This document shows positions 45,498 through 56,148 of a DNA stretch of 64,000 nucleotides, in pieces; the first letter of the stretch is position 1, and every line of letters starts with the position of its first letter. The translations under genes and the position numbers were made by a program. Location: the NCBI GenBank assembly GCA_041180005.1, contig JBEGSF010000005.1, positions 6,158 through 70,157 on the forward strand, given 5' to 3'. The notes under the pieces are model-generated. The model was not told the DNA's origin, searched no databases, and was given only the letters and a program-made list of their open reading frames with translations. Source of the stretch: Verrucomicrobiota bacterium (GTDB lineage Bacteria; Verrucomicrobiota; Verrucomicrobiia; Opitutales; UBA953).

Positions 45498-47627
45498 TCA
45501 ACGGAATTCAAGCAGACGAGGTCCGGCGGCGCCGCCGGCATCGACGGCCTGCACGACCCAAGGGGCGCCGGCTTCGATGAACCTGCCTTCGCGGAAGGCT
45601 TTGCGGCGGGCGGCGACTTCCTCGTAAGGAGGCGAACCCGGGCCCTGCTTGGACTCGAGACGGAGCAGGTCGGTCTCGAGCAGGGAGCGGGTGGCGCGGA
45701 CGGACGGAAGGTCGCGGTCTGGGAAACTGTGCTCGGCCGGGTAGAGGCCGACCTGGCCGTGGGCCCAGACGAAGGCGTTGACGGCGGACTCGGCCCAAGG
45801 AGCCGGACGGATCACGCCGGTGTCCACGTCGTAGCGGAGCGCGCCGGCGCCGAGGTCGAGCGGGCGCAGCTGGGCGGCGTCGCCGATCAGGGCGAGCACG
45901 CGACGGTCACCCTTGGGCATGATGATCTCGACGAGGACGTTGGCGCTCGGCGCGCCTTCGGCGGCGGTGAAGTTGAGGGATACGACGTTACGGCGGGCGC
46001 CGAGGCCGATGCCGATCGCAGGCAGCTTGCCCGGCTCGGGGTTGGATTCGAACCAGGTCGTCTGCTGGGTCACCCGGATCTCGCCGTTGAGATAAGGCGT
46101 GCGGTCGTCGCGCTGGTGCGGCGTGACCAGCGGCAGCACGCGGAGGCGGATCTGCGCGCTGGTGCGGGACGAGGCGCCCGCTTCCTCGGCCCATTTCGTG
46201 AGACGATCCACCGCGGAGCGAGAGAGGGAGAACTGCGCTTCGATAGGCGACTTCGGTCCGATGTCGGAGAGGTGCCACTGGCCGGGCGCGACGAGGACGG
46301 GGCGGACGTCGAGCGTGGGGAGGCGCAGCGTGCGTTCCTTGATTTCGACGAGCTGCTTCCAGGCGGCGTCTTCGGGGACGTCGAGGAGCTTGCCGACGCG
46401 CATGACCTCGAGGGTCTCGGCGTGCGCGGCCTGGCTGGCCTTCGGGTCGTCGAGGATGTCGCGTCGTTCGATCTTGGCGAGGAGCTGGCGGACGGCACCG
46501 GCGGAGTAACCGTTGAGGATGCGCGGAAGGATCTGCTCCTTGTAGTTGCCGAGGCGGGCAGGGGAGCGCTCGTTGGTCTCAAGCCAGAGGCGCGCGGCGG
46601 GCAGCATGTCGCCCGTCTCGAGCAGGCTCTGGATTTCGGTGACGGCGCGGTTGACCCGGAGGATTTCTTCCTGCTGCGCGAGGTCGGAAGCGGAAGGCGC
46701 TGGAGCGACGTTCGCGACCGGCTTCGGTTCGGGCGCGGGGTCCGGGGAGCGATTCGAGAAGAGGAAGGCGAGGCCGGCGGCGACGACGAGCAGGACGCCG
46801 CCCACGATCCAAGGCGTGGCGGAGCCGCCTTGCGGAGCTGAGGGCGCGGCGCCAGGGCGGCGTGTGACCGCGATCGGCGTGGCCTTCGGAGCAGTCAGTC
46901 CGGCGGCTGCCTGACGGGCGAGGTCGCCGGTCGGCGCAGGCAGCGTGCGCGCTTCGACGAAGTCGATCGTCGCGGGGCGTTCGGCGTGGGCGGCCCAGAC
47001 GAAGCCGGCTTCACCCGTGATCCGGGCGTCGGTCGTGAACGTCGCGTGCCAGGCGGCCTTGCCGATGAGGGCGGAAGATTCGGCGAAGAGCTTCAGCAGC
47101 GTCGCGTTGGCCGGAGGATTGCGTAGGCCCAGCGTGGTCGCGCCGGTCGCGTCGACGAGCCACGCGGCCTTGGCGCCGGTGCCGGTGGTCTCGCGCCACG
47201 TGACGGCGGGGGACAGCGGCGTGGCGGCTTCGAGGGTCAGCGGGCGATTCTCACCTTCGAGCCAGGCGGGGGCTCCGCTCCATTCGGCGAGCCAGCCTTT
47301 CCAGCGGGCGGCCAGGGCGGCGGGCGGAGCGAGGAGGGCGGCCTCTTCGGCGGTGAAGATCAGGTGATGGGCGAGACGGTTGTCGCGTTGCGTGTAATCG
47401 AGGCCGCGGGCGACGAAGCGGGAGAGCACGAACCAATGACGGTCGCCGGCTTCGAGGGTGCGGAAGGTGAACGTCTCTCCTTCGGCCTGCTCGTGCGGCG
47501 TGCCGACGGATTCGAGCAGCTGGGCCAGACGATCCGGCACGGCGCGGTGGCGGGCGACGGTGCAATAGCCCGAACGTCCCGGGGTAAGGCCTTGCGGAGC
47601 GGAGGTGAAGACGAGTTGGAGGGGCAT
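45498..47627 (-). CDS. 709-aa membrane protein with GAP1-N-like N-terminal domain (gene 2 of the GTPase operon)
   Basis: 'MPLQLVFTSAPQGLTPGRSGYCTVA...LDYTQRDNRLAHHLIF'. TM 'PWIVGGVLLVVAAGLAFLF' (about 272-290). The start overlaps the GTPase stop (TGATG). Confidence 0.75.
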   Translation of the reverse strand: MPLQLVFTSAPQGLTPGRSGYCTVARHRAVPDRLAQLLESVGTPHEQAEGETFTFRTLEAGDRHWFVLSRFVARGLDYTQRDNRLAHHLIFTAEEAALLAPPAALAARWKGWLAEWSGAPAWLEGENRPLTLEAATPLSPAVTWRETTGTGAKAAWLVDATGATTLGLRNPPANATLLKLFAESSALIGKAAWHATFTTDARITGEAGFVWAAHAERPATIDFVEARTLPAPTGDLARQAAAGLTAPKATPIAVTRRPGAAPSAPQGGSATPWIVGGVLLVVAAGLAFLFSNRSPDPAPEPKPVANVAPAPSASDLAQQEEILRVNRAVTEIQSLLETGDMLPAARLWLETNERSPARLGNYKEQILPRILNGYSAGAVRQLLAKIERRDILDDPKASQAAHAETLEVMRVGKLLDVPEDAAWKQLVEIKERTLRLPTLDVRPVLVAPGQWHLSDIGPKSPIEAQFSLSRSAVDRLTKWAEEAGASSRTSAQIRLRVLPLVTPHQRDDRTPYLNGEIRVTQQTTWFESNPEPGKLPAIGIGLGARRNVVSLNFTAAEGAPSANVLVEIIMPKGDRRVLALIGDAAQLRPLDLGAGALRYDVDTGVIRPAPWAESAVNAFVWAHGQVGLYPAEHSFPDRDLPSVRATRSLLETDLLRLESKQGPGSPPYEEVAARRKAFREGRFIEAGAPWVVQAVDAGGAAGPRLLEFR

Positions 47628-49354
47628 CAGGAATGGGGGGTCGCGGGGAACATCGCCGGCGAGGACAGGTGCAGCAGCCAGTAGAGGGGCTCCTCCACGT
47701 GGGCCGGAGCGAGGCGCTGCGGATCGGGAGCGATGCGGCCCTTGTTCGGACCGGCCCCGATCATCACCGGCGTGTGGCCGAAGGAGGTCGCGGCGAAGAA
47801 GCAGATCTGGTCGGCGAGGGATTCCGCCGAGGCGACGAGGCCGGGGCAGAGATGGAGCAGGACCTCGCGCACGCGGTCGGAATTGCGGCGGACGGCGGCG
47901 AGGTCCAGCGCGCCGGCGCGGATCACCGGTTCGAGCGGCGAGCTGAGGAGCTTCTCCCAGGTGTCGGACTTGCCGACCACGAAGGCGAGCGGCGTCGCGA
48001 TGCGCTGGTCGTGCGCGAGGCCGAGCACGCGCTTCATGCGCGTCTCCATCTCGGCCAGGATGCTGTCCTGCTGGTCGACGCGGCCCTTGAGCGAGAGCTG
48101 CGGATCGTCGACGCCGACGAGCTTGGCCTTGAAGCGCGCGTTGGCGGTCGGGTCGAAAAGGAAGATCAGGCCGCTGGAGGTCGCGACGTGCATCGCGCCG
48201 GGCGAGTCATGGATGTCGATGCCCGGCTCGAAGTGCTCGCCGGCGTTGTCATACAGGATGACCGACGTATCGAGCGCCGGCTGGCCTGGGCGGCTCAGCG
48301 AATAGATGAACGGACGGGGCAGGGAGACCATGCGGCCGAGGCGCGGGAGCTTCTCGTAGGTCGCGCCTTCGAGGGCCGTCTTGCCGAGCAACGCGTCTTC
48401 CGGCGTCGCCGCGGAGAAGAGCGTGTTGCGCATCTGGTTGAGCAGCATGTTGCCGCTCGGGTCGCCGTCCTTGAACGCCAGCGAGAAGTCCTCGGGCAGG
48501 CGGTCCTGAAGCACGCGCGTGAGCACGGCGAGGTAGTAGGATTTGCCGGCGCTCGGAGCGCCGATGAGCGAGATGATGCGGTGCGGACGCTCGAGGTAGC
48601 CGGGCGGCAGCTGACGGCGGCAGTGCGGGCAGGCGATGTCGGTGCAGGCCAGGCCCATCGGATCGAGGGCGAGCCCTTGGTCGTTGAAGCGCGTGGGCTG
48701 GAAGCGGAGGCGCGCGTCGGAGCCTAGGATCGGATCGCCGCGCAGGTTCTCATGCACCGCGATGCTCAACGCGTCGCCGGCGTCGAAGCGCGTCCAGCAG
48801 ACCGGGCACACGTGCGCGCCTCGGTTCTGTTCGGCGGCGAGGAGCGCCGTGTTCTGCGGGCGGACCTCCGTTTCTTCCGGAGGGGAGAGGAGCGGAGCGA
48901 TCTGCGCGAGGTTGAAGCCGACCTCGAGGCCGACGGGCGTGCAGGCGAGCGCTTCGGTGGGCAGGCCGGAGCGGGCGGCCGCGGCGAGGAGTTCCGTCGC
49001 CGGATGCTCGCCGAGCTGGTCGCCGGTGCGGGCGTCGAAGAGCACCCAGAGGTCGGTCCGGATGAAGGCGAAATCCTGCTGAGCGCGGGGGGCCACGACG
49101 AGCAAGGCGGAGGGTAGCTGGACGGTCGTCGGTTCGGTGACCGCGAGACGCTGGCTCAGCGGGGCGCCGTTCACCAAGGCCACGCCGGCGCCGGAGGGCT
49201 CGAGGCCGACGGTCTCTCCCGCCGGGACGAGGGACAGGGCGGGTTGGGGCGCGTCGCCCGGGAGGGCGGCCGGCAGCTCAGCGGTGAAGCCTTTTTCGCC
49301 GCTGAGGCAATTGACCCAGGAGAGGGTGGGGGTTTTCTTGCGGGTCGTGAACAT
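47627..49354 (-). CDS. Zn-ribbon-containing P-loop GTPase (TRAFAC-type motifs), gene 1 of the operon
   Basis: CPVC (183-186) and CPHC (242-245). Walker A 'GAPSAGKS' (265-272), 'DNAGE' (369-373) and 'GKSD' (461-464). Confidence 0.8.
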   Translation of the reverse strand: MFTTRKKTPTLSWVNCLSGEKGFTAELPAALPGDAPQPALSLVPAGETVGLEPSGAGVALVNGAPLSQRLAVTEPTTVQLPSALLVVAPRAQQDFAFIRTDLWVLFDARTGDQLGEHPATELLAAAARSGLPTEALACTPVGLEVGFNLAQIAPLLSPPEETEVRPQNTALLAAEQNRGAHVCPVCWTRFDAGDALSIAVHENLRGDPILGSDARLRFQPTRFNDQGLALDPMGLACTDIACPHCRRQLPPGYLERPHRIISLIGAPSAGKSYYLAVLTRVLQDRLPEDFSLAFKDGDPSGNMLLNQMRNTLFSAATPEDALLGKTALEGATYEKLPRLGRMVSLPRPFIYSLSRPGQPALDTSVILYDNAGEHFEPGIDIHDSPGAMHVATSSGLIFLFDPTANARFKAKLVGVDDPQLSLKGRVDQQDSILAEMETRMKRVLGLAHDQRIATPLAFVVGKSDTWEKLLSSPLEPVIRAGALDLAAVRRNSDRVREVLLHLCPGLVASAESLADQICFFAATSFGHTPVMIGAGPNKGRIAPDPQRLAPAHVEEPLYWLLHLSSPAMFPATPHS

Positions 49355-49411
49355 TGGCTCCTGAAGTCGGGGTGTTAAAGAGGTTGATTAGCGAGGGGTA
49401 ATTGTAAAGAT

Positions 49412-50059
49412 ATGTCACCACGATTATGGGTCGACTCCGACCTGTTTTCCTCTACCCAACCCGTACCCATGGAGACCGAAGCCGACCAGTCCGCCTTGGA
49501 CCGAGCCCGCCAGGGGGATCTGTCGGCCTACAACGAGCTGGTCCTCAAGTATCAGGGTCGCATCTTCGCCAAGGTCTTTTCGCTGCTCCGTAACCGTCAG
49601 GACGCCGAGGAAATCACCCAGGACACGTTCATCCGGGCCCATCGGGTCCTGGCTTCTTTCCGCGGAACCGCCACTTTCTCGACCTGGATCCACCAGATCG
49701 GCACCAATCTCGCCCGCAATCGCTACTGGTACTGGCGCCGCCGCAAGCGTGACCAGTCCATGTCCCTCGACGCCGACCTCGGCGACGACCCCGGCGCGAC
49801 CCTGCACGACATCCTTTCGGACGGCGCCCAAGGCCCCGGCCATGAGGCCCAGCATAACGAATTCGTCCACAAAGTGGCCGAGTGCATGGAACAATTGAAG
49901 CCGGAACACGCTCGTATCCTGACGATGCGCAACGTCCGCAACATGTCGTATGAAGAGATCGCCGAAGACCTCGGCCTCTCGATCGGCACGGTCAAGAGCC
50001 GCATCAACCGCGCCCGCGAAGCCCTGCGCGAACTCATGGGAGAGGAGTTCCGAGGATGA
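49412..50059 (+). CDS. ECF-type RNA polymerase sigma factor
   Basis: Region 2 'YNELVLKYQGRIFAKVFSLLRNRQDAEEITQDTFIRA' and region 4 'MSYEEIAEDLGLSIGTVKSRINRAR'. An alternative ATG lies at 49469. Confidence 0.88.
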   Translation: MSPRLWVDSDLFSSTQPVPMETEADQSALDRARQGDLSAYNELVLKYQGRIFAKVFSLLRNRQDAEEITQDTFIRAHRVLASFRGTATFSTWIHQIGTNLARNRYWYWRRRKRDQSMSLDADLGDDPGATLHDILSDGAQGPGHEAQHNEFVHKVAECMEQLKPEHARILTMRNVRNMSYEEIAEDLGLSIGTVKSRINRAREALRELMGEEFRG

Positions 50060-50565
50060 GCGCCGCCGAGTTCGAATCCCTCGTCGCCCTTTTCCTGGAA
50101 GGCAACGCCTCCCCTGAGCAGGTCGCCCGTCTCCGCGCCGCCCTCAGCGCCTCTCCGGCCCTGCGCGCCCGCTTCCAAGCCAGCGCCCGCCTGCACAAGG
50201 CCCAGCTCGCCTGCCTCAGCCATCGCGAAGAGCGTTCGGCGGCCGGCGTGATGTCCTGGCTGCACGCCTATGGCCAGCGCATGGGACGTTCGTTCGCCCA
50301 TCTCTGCCTGCTCGCCCTCGTCTTCGTCGAACTGCAGGTGACCATCCCGGTCGAGTATTCCGGTTTGCTCGCCTACGTCGAAGCGCAGGTGCCCGCCGAA
50401 GAACCCGTCCTGGGTTCGGCCGAGATGCCGACCCGCCTGATCACGGACATCGTCCAAGAGGCGGATCTTTCGCAGGCCGTCGAAGTCCCCGAGCTCACCA
50501 TGCCCGTCCTCGTCATGCCCGAGATGGTCATGCCGACCGATGAGCCCGCGGCCATCGAGGTCTGA
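50056..50565 (+). CDS. putative anti-sigma factor
   Basis: ATGA overlap with the sigma gene. The N-terminal 'FESLVALFLEGNASPEQVARLRAAL' resembles an anti-sigma N-terminal helix. One hydrophobic segment. Confidence 0.6.
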   Translation: MSAAEFESLVALFLEGNASPEQVARLRAALSASPALRARFQASARLHKAQLACLSHREERSAAGVMSWLHAYGQRMGRSFAHLCLLALVFVELQVTIPVEYSGLLAYVEAQVPAEEPVLGSAEMPTRLITDIVQEADLSQAVEVPELTMPVLVMPEMVMPTDEPAAIEV

Positions 50566-50618
50566 GCCCGATATCCTGCCTTGCTTCCGTCCGCCGACGG
50601 GGGTCAATTGATGCTCGG

Positions 50619-52367
50619 ATGAAGGCCGGAGAACACAGGCCCGAGGTTCGCCTCACTGGCATCGCCGCCGCCCCTGGTGTCGCCCGTGGTCCCGCCTACC
50701 CGCTCATGCGGGGCATGGCTATCGTCGCCTGCGAGAAGGTCTCCGATCCGGAGGCCGAGATCCGCCGCCTCGAAGGCGCCCTCGCCGCCACCCGCAAGGA
50801 GATCTCCAAGCTGCGCGACGACGTCGCCCTCAAGCTCAACGAGTCCGAGGCCTCCATCTTCGACGCCCACCTGCTCGTGCTCGAGGACGTCGCCCTCATC
50901 GACGACGTCAGCAAGGAAGTCCGCCGCACCGGCTTCAACGTCGAGTTCTGCTTCCAGGAGGTCGCCCAGCGTTACATCGAGATCTTCGAGAACATGGACG
51001 ATGACTTCCTCCGGGAACGCGCGTCCGACATCCGTGACGTCACCGGGCGCGTGCTCGACCAGCTACTGGGTACCCAGCCGGAACGCGTCGGCCAGGCGGC
51101 CCAGGCCCACGTCGTCGCTGCGCGCGACCTCACGCCCTCCGACACCGCCGGCCTGCATGACGGCGGCGTGCTCGCATTCGTGACGGAAGAGGGAGGACGC
51201 ACCAGCCATTCCGCCATCATGGCCCGCTCGCTCGACGTCCCCGCGGTCGTCGGCGTCAAAGGCCTCATGGAAGCCGTCCAGGAAGACGATGTCATCCTCG
51301 TCGACGGCGAGACCGGCCTCGTCATCCTCAATCCGACGCCCGAGACCATCGACGGCTACCGCGACAAGGAGCAGGCGATCCGCCAGCGTCGCGATCGCGT
51401 CCGTTCGGAAGTCTCCTTCCCCGACCTCACCGCCGACGGCGCCGCCTTCAGCCTGCTCGCGAACATCGGCGATCCGGCCGAGATGGAAGACGCGCTCGCC
51501 TACTGCGCCCGCGGCATCGGCCTGTACCGCACGGAGAACCTTTACCTGCGCCTCGACGGCTGGCCCGACGAGCGCGTGCAGTATGAAGAATATGCCGAAG
51601 CCGTGCGCCTCGCCAAGGGCCGGCCGGTGACCTTCCGTACCCTCGACCTCGGCGGCGACAAGCGCCTGGGCGACCTCGCCGACGAAGCGAACCCGTTCAT
51701 GGGTTACCGTGCCGTGCGCCTCTGCCTCGAGCGCCCCGACGTCTTCCGTCCGCAGCTCCGCGCGCTCGTGCGCGCCGCCGCGCTCGGTCCGGTGCAGGTG
51801 ATGTTCCCGATGATCTCCGGCGTGGAGGAGTTGCGCCGCGCCAAGGCCGTCTTCCGCGACGTCGAGGCCGAGCTCGCCCGCGAAGGCGTGCGTCCCGTCG
51901 AGGCCATCCGCCTCGGCGCGATGATCGAGATCCCGTCCGCCGTGCTGGTCGCCGACGCGCTCGCCGCCGAGGCCGACTTCTTCAGCGTCGGCACCAACGA
52001 CCTCGTCCAATACCTGCTGGCGGTCGACCGCGGCAACCAGCGCGTCGCCTCGCTCTACGATCCCTGCCACCCGGCCGTCGTCCGCACGCTCCTGGCGATC
52101 TTCGCCGCCGCGCAGAAGGCCGGCATCCCCGCCGCCGTCTGCGGCGAGCTGGGCGGCGACCCCGTGTGGGCGCCGCTCCTCATCGGCCTCGGCGTGCACG
52201 AGCTCAGCATGAGCCCGGCCGCCTTGCCTGAGGTGCGTTTCGTCCTTCGTCATTCCACCGCCGCCGAACTCCGCGAGCTCGCCGCGCAGGTCGTCGCCTG
52301 CGACGACGCGGCCCGCACGCGCGCGCTGCTCCAGGAATTCGCCGCCGCCAAACTCAAGCTACGCTGA
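50619..52367 (+). CDS. ptsI: phosphoenolpyruvate-protein phosphotransferase (PTS enzyme I)
   Basis: 'GGRTSHSAIMARSL' (active-site His), 'GLYRTE' and 'FFSVGTNDLVQY'. Confidence 0.92.
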   Translation: MKAGEHRPEVRLTGIAAAPGVARGPAYPLMRGMAIVACEKVSDPEAEIRRLEGALAATRKEISKLRDDVALKLNESEASIFDAHLLVLEDVALIDDVSKEVRRTGFNVEFCFQEVAQRYIEIFENMDDDFLRERASDIRDVTGRVLDQLLGTQPERVGQAAQAHVVAARDLTPSDTAGLHDGGVLAFVTEEGGRTSHSAIMARSLDVPAVVGVKGLMEAVQEDDVILVDGETGLVILNPTPETIDGYRDKEQAIRQRRDRVRSEVSFPDLTADGAAFSLLANIGDPAEMEDALAYCARGIGLYRTENLYLRLDGWPDERVQYEEYAEAVRLAKGRPVTFRTLDLGGDKRLGDLADEANPFMGYRAVRLCLERPDVFRPQLRALVRAAALGPVQVMFPMISGVEELRRAKAVFRDVEAELAREGVRPVEAIRLGAMIEIPSAVLVADALAAEADFFSVGTNDLVQYLLAVDRGNQRVASLYDPCHPAVVRTLLAIFAAAQKAGIPAAVCGELGGDPVWAPLLIGLGVHELSMSPAALPEVRFVLRHSTAAELRELAAQVVACDDAARTRALLQEFAAAKLKLR

Positions 52368-53461
52368 TGTCTTCCCGTCTTCCCGCTGCGAACCCGCATG
52401 TCGCGGCCATGTCTCCCTACGTCCCTGGCGAACAGCCGCAGGGCGGGGGATGGGTCAAACTCAACACCAACGAGAACCCTTATCCGCCGAGCCTGCGCTC
52501 GCTCGAGGCCATCCGCGTGGCCTTGGTCAACGACGGCGCCGCCCTCCGTCTCTATCCCTCGCCCGACTCCGCGCCCCTACGCGAGGCCGTCGCGCGCTTC
52601 CATGGGTTCGATGCGGCTCACGTCGTCGCCGGCAACGGCTCCGATGACGTCCTCAATCTCCTGATCCGCGCCTATGCGGGCCCCGGCCGTCCGATTGGCA
52701 TGCTCAATCCGAGCTACTCGCTGTATCCCGTGCTCGCGGCCGCCCAGCATGCCGAGGTCGTCAAGGTCGAGGTCACCGATGCCTTGGGCGTCGACGTCGA
52801 CGCCGTCGCCAAATGCGGCGCGTCTGTTTTCTTCCTGACGAATCCCAACGCTCCGCTCGGCGTCGCCTTCGCGACGGACGTCGTCCGCCAGGTCGCCAAG
52901 GCCTTCCCGGGTCTGCTCGTGGTCGACGAAGCCTACGCCTCGTTCGCCGACGCCGATTGCGTCGCGCTCGTGAAGGAGTTCCCGAACGTCGTCGTCACGC
53001 GCACCCTGTCCAAGGCCCACGCCCTCGCCGGGATGCGGGTCGGCTACGCGCTCTGTCCGCCCGCCGTCGCCGAAGTCCTGCATCGCGTGCGCGACAGCTA
53101 CAACGTCGACCGCCTCGCGCAGCTCGCCGCCGCGGCCGCGCTGGACGACCGCGAATGGCTCGACGTCACCGTCGCGCAGGTGCGCGCCACGCGCGACCGC
53201 CTCGCGGCTTCTTTGCGCAAGCTCGGCTGGAAGGTCAACCCCGCCGCCGGTAACTTCGTGCTCGCCGCGCCCGTGTCGTCGAAGCGCGCGGCCTCGGTCG
53301 AGACCGCCGCCCATTGCTTCGAGTTCCTGCGCGCCCGCAAGATCCTCGTCCGCCGTTTCCCGAACCATCGCCTCACCGAGAAGTCCCTGCGGATCTCCGT
53401 GGGCACGGAGCAGGAGACGGACGTCTTCCTGCAGGCCGTGGCGGCCTGGATGGAAGGGTGA
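52367..53461 (+). CDS. hisC: histidinol-phosphate aminotransferase
   Basis: '[12 protein letters not shown]' and '[16 protein letters not shown]' (PLP Lys). The start overlaps the ptsI stop (TGATG). Confidence 0.9.
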   Translation: MSSRLPAANPHVAAMSPYVPGEQPQGGGWVKLNTNENPYPPSLRSLEAIRVALVNDGAALRLYPSPDSAPLREAVARFHGFDAAHVVAGNGSDDVLNLLIRAYAGPGRPIGMLNPSYSLYPVLAAAQHAEVVKVEVTDALGVDVDAVAKCGASVFFLTNPNAPLGVAFATDVVRQVAKAFPGLLVVDEAYASFADADCVALVKEFPNVVVTRTLSKAHALAGMRVGYALCPPAVAEVLHRVRDSYNVDRLAQLAAAAALDDREWLDVTVAQVRATRDRLAASLRKLGWKVNPAAGNFVLAAPVSSKRAASVETAAHCFEFLRARKILVRRFPNHRLTEKSLRISVGTEQETDVFLQAVAAWMEG

Positions 53462-53498
53462 GGTTGACAATCCCGCCTTCCGCGGGGATTTCTGGGGG

Positions 53499-54101
53499 AT
53501 GAGCGCAGCCGTCCGCAAAGCCAGCCTCCGCCGGGATACCGCCGAGACCAAGATCGCCCTCGAGGTGAACCTGGACGGCACCGGCGCCTCCGAGATCGCC
53601 ACCGGCGTGGCCTTCTTCGACCACATGCTGACGCTGTTCTCCCGCCACTCGCTCGTGGACCTCAAGGTCAAGGCGACCGGCGATACCGACGTCGACTACC
53701 ACCACACCGTGGAAGACGTGGGCATCGTCCTCGGCCAGGCCATCAAGGAAGCGCTCGGCGACAAGGCCGGCATCCGCCGCTACGGTTTCTTCATCCTCCC
53801 GATGGACGAGACCCTGGCCCGCTGCGCCGTCGACCTCAGCAACCGTCCGATGATGGTCTACCAGGTCGAGATCACCAACTACATGGTGAAGGACTTCAAC
53901 ATCGCGCTCGTCCGTGAGTTCTTCCAAGGCCTCGCGAATTCGCTCGGTTGCAACCTGCACCTGAAGCTCGAATACGGCGACGAACCGCACCACATCGCCG
54001 AAGCTCTCTTCAAGGCCTTCGCCCGCGCTCTGCGCGAAGCGCTGGAAGTCGATCCGCGCCAGGGTGGCCGCGTGCCGAGCACCAAGGGTACGCTGGCCTG
54101 A
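53499..54101 (+). CDS. hisB: imidazoleglycerol-phosphate dehydratase
   Basis: '[16 protein letters not shown]', 'FFDHML' and 'HHTVEDVGI' blocks. Confidence 0.92.
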   Translation: MSAAVRKASLRRDTAETKIALEVNLDGTGASEIATGVAFFDHMLTLFSRHSLVDLKVKATGDTDVDYHHTVEDVGIVLGQAIKEALGDKAGIRRYGFFILPMDETLARCAVDLSNRPMMVYQVEITNYMVKDFNIALVREFFQGLANSLGCNLHLKLEYGDEPHHIAEALFKAFARALREALEVDPRQGGRVPSTKGTLA

Positions 54102-54103
54102 CC

Positions 54104-54748
54104 GTGGAAGCCTCCGGGACAGCGCGCCGCCCGCGGGTGGCCGTCATCGATTACGGCATGGGCAACCTGCGCAGCGTCAGCCGCGCCATGGTCGCCGCCG
54201 GCGCCGACGCGTTCCTGGCCGCCACGCCGGCCGAGGCCGAGAAGGCCGAGCTGGTCGTCTTTCCGGGGCAGGGCGCCATGGCGGACTGCATGGACTGCAT
54301 CCGTCGTAACGATTTCGAATCCTTCCTGAAGCAGTGGATCGCGGCCGACCGTCCCTTCCTCGGGGTGTGCATGGGCCTGCAGGTCCTGTTCGAGCGTTCC
54401 GAAGAAGCCGACCGACCCGGCCTGGGCATCTTCCCGGGCGTCGTCCGCCGTTTCCCGTCCCAACCCGGCCTGCGGATCCCGCATATGGGCTGGAACGAAG
54501 CCATCTTCAAGCCCGGCGCCCCGCTGACCCAGGGCCTGCGGGCGGAAGGGGAGCCCTTCTATTTTGTCCATAGTTACCGGGTGGTCGAGACCGACCCCTC
54601 CTTGGTGTGGTGCGAGACCGATTATGCGGGCCGTTTCGTGAGCGGGGTCCGTCGCGGGCGGGTCTTCGCGACCCAGTTCCATCCGGAGAAAAGTCAGGTC
54701 AAAGGCTTGCAACTGTACCGCAATTTCCTGACTTTGTCTGACCGCTGA
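54104..54748 (+). CDS. hisH: imidazole glycerol phosphate synthase, glutamine amidotransferase subunit
   Basis: 'VAVIDYGMGNLRSV', 'LGVCMGLQ', 'IPHMGWN' and 'QFHPEKS'. The start is uncertain (GTG at 54104 or GTG at 54137). Confidence 0.88.
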   Translation: MEASGTARRPRVAVIDYGMGNLRSVSRAMVAAGADAFLAATPAEAEKAELVVFPGQGAMADCMDCIRRNDFESFLKQWIAADRPFLGVCMGLQVLFERSEEADRPGLGIFPGVVRRFPSQPGLRIPHMGWNEAIFKPGAPLTQGLRAEGEPFYFVHSYRVVETDPSLVWCETDYAGRFVSGVRRGRVFATQFHPEKSQVKGLQLYRNFLTLSDR

Positions 54749-54784
54749 AGGGTATTGCGACTCTCGGCGGAACCTATCCCCGCC

Positions 54785-56086
<1,302 letters not shown>

Positions 56087-56110
56087 GCGTCCTGACCGAC
56101 GCGCAAAGGG

Positions 56111-56148
56111 GGAGGGCCGAACGTTTCCGTTCGGCCCTCCGTCTTTTG
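56111..56148. terminator. strong hairpin terminator shared by convergent gltA (+) and rnpB (-)
   Basis: GGAGGGCCGAACG-TTTC-CGTTCGGCCCTCC is a 13-bp perfect stem, followed by GTCTTTT on the plus strand and CCCCCTTTG on the minus strand. Confidence 0.8.

Noticed and set aside
42558-46841. A 1427-aa plus-strand ORF.
   Set aside because: It is an antisense shadow ORF of the GTPase-operon genes. It has typical high-G+C low-complexity composition (G/A/R/E/V-rich), no motifs, and the opposite-strand genes have coherent domains and coupled starts and stops.
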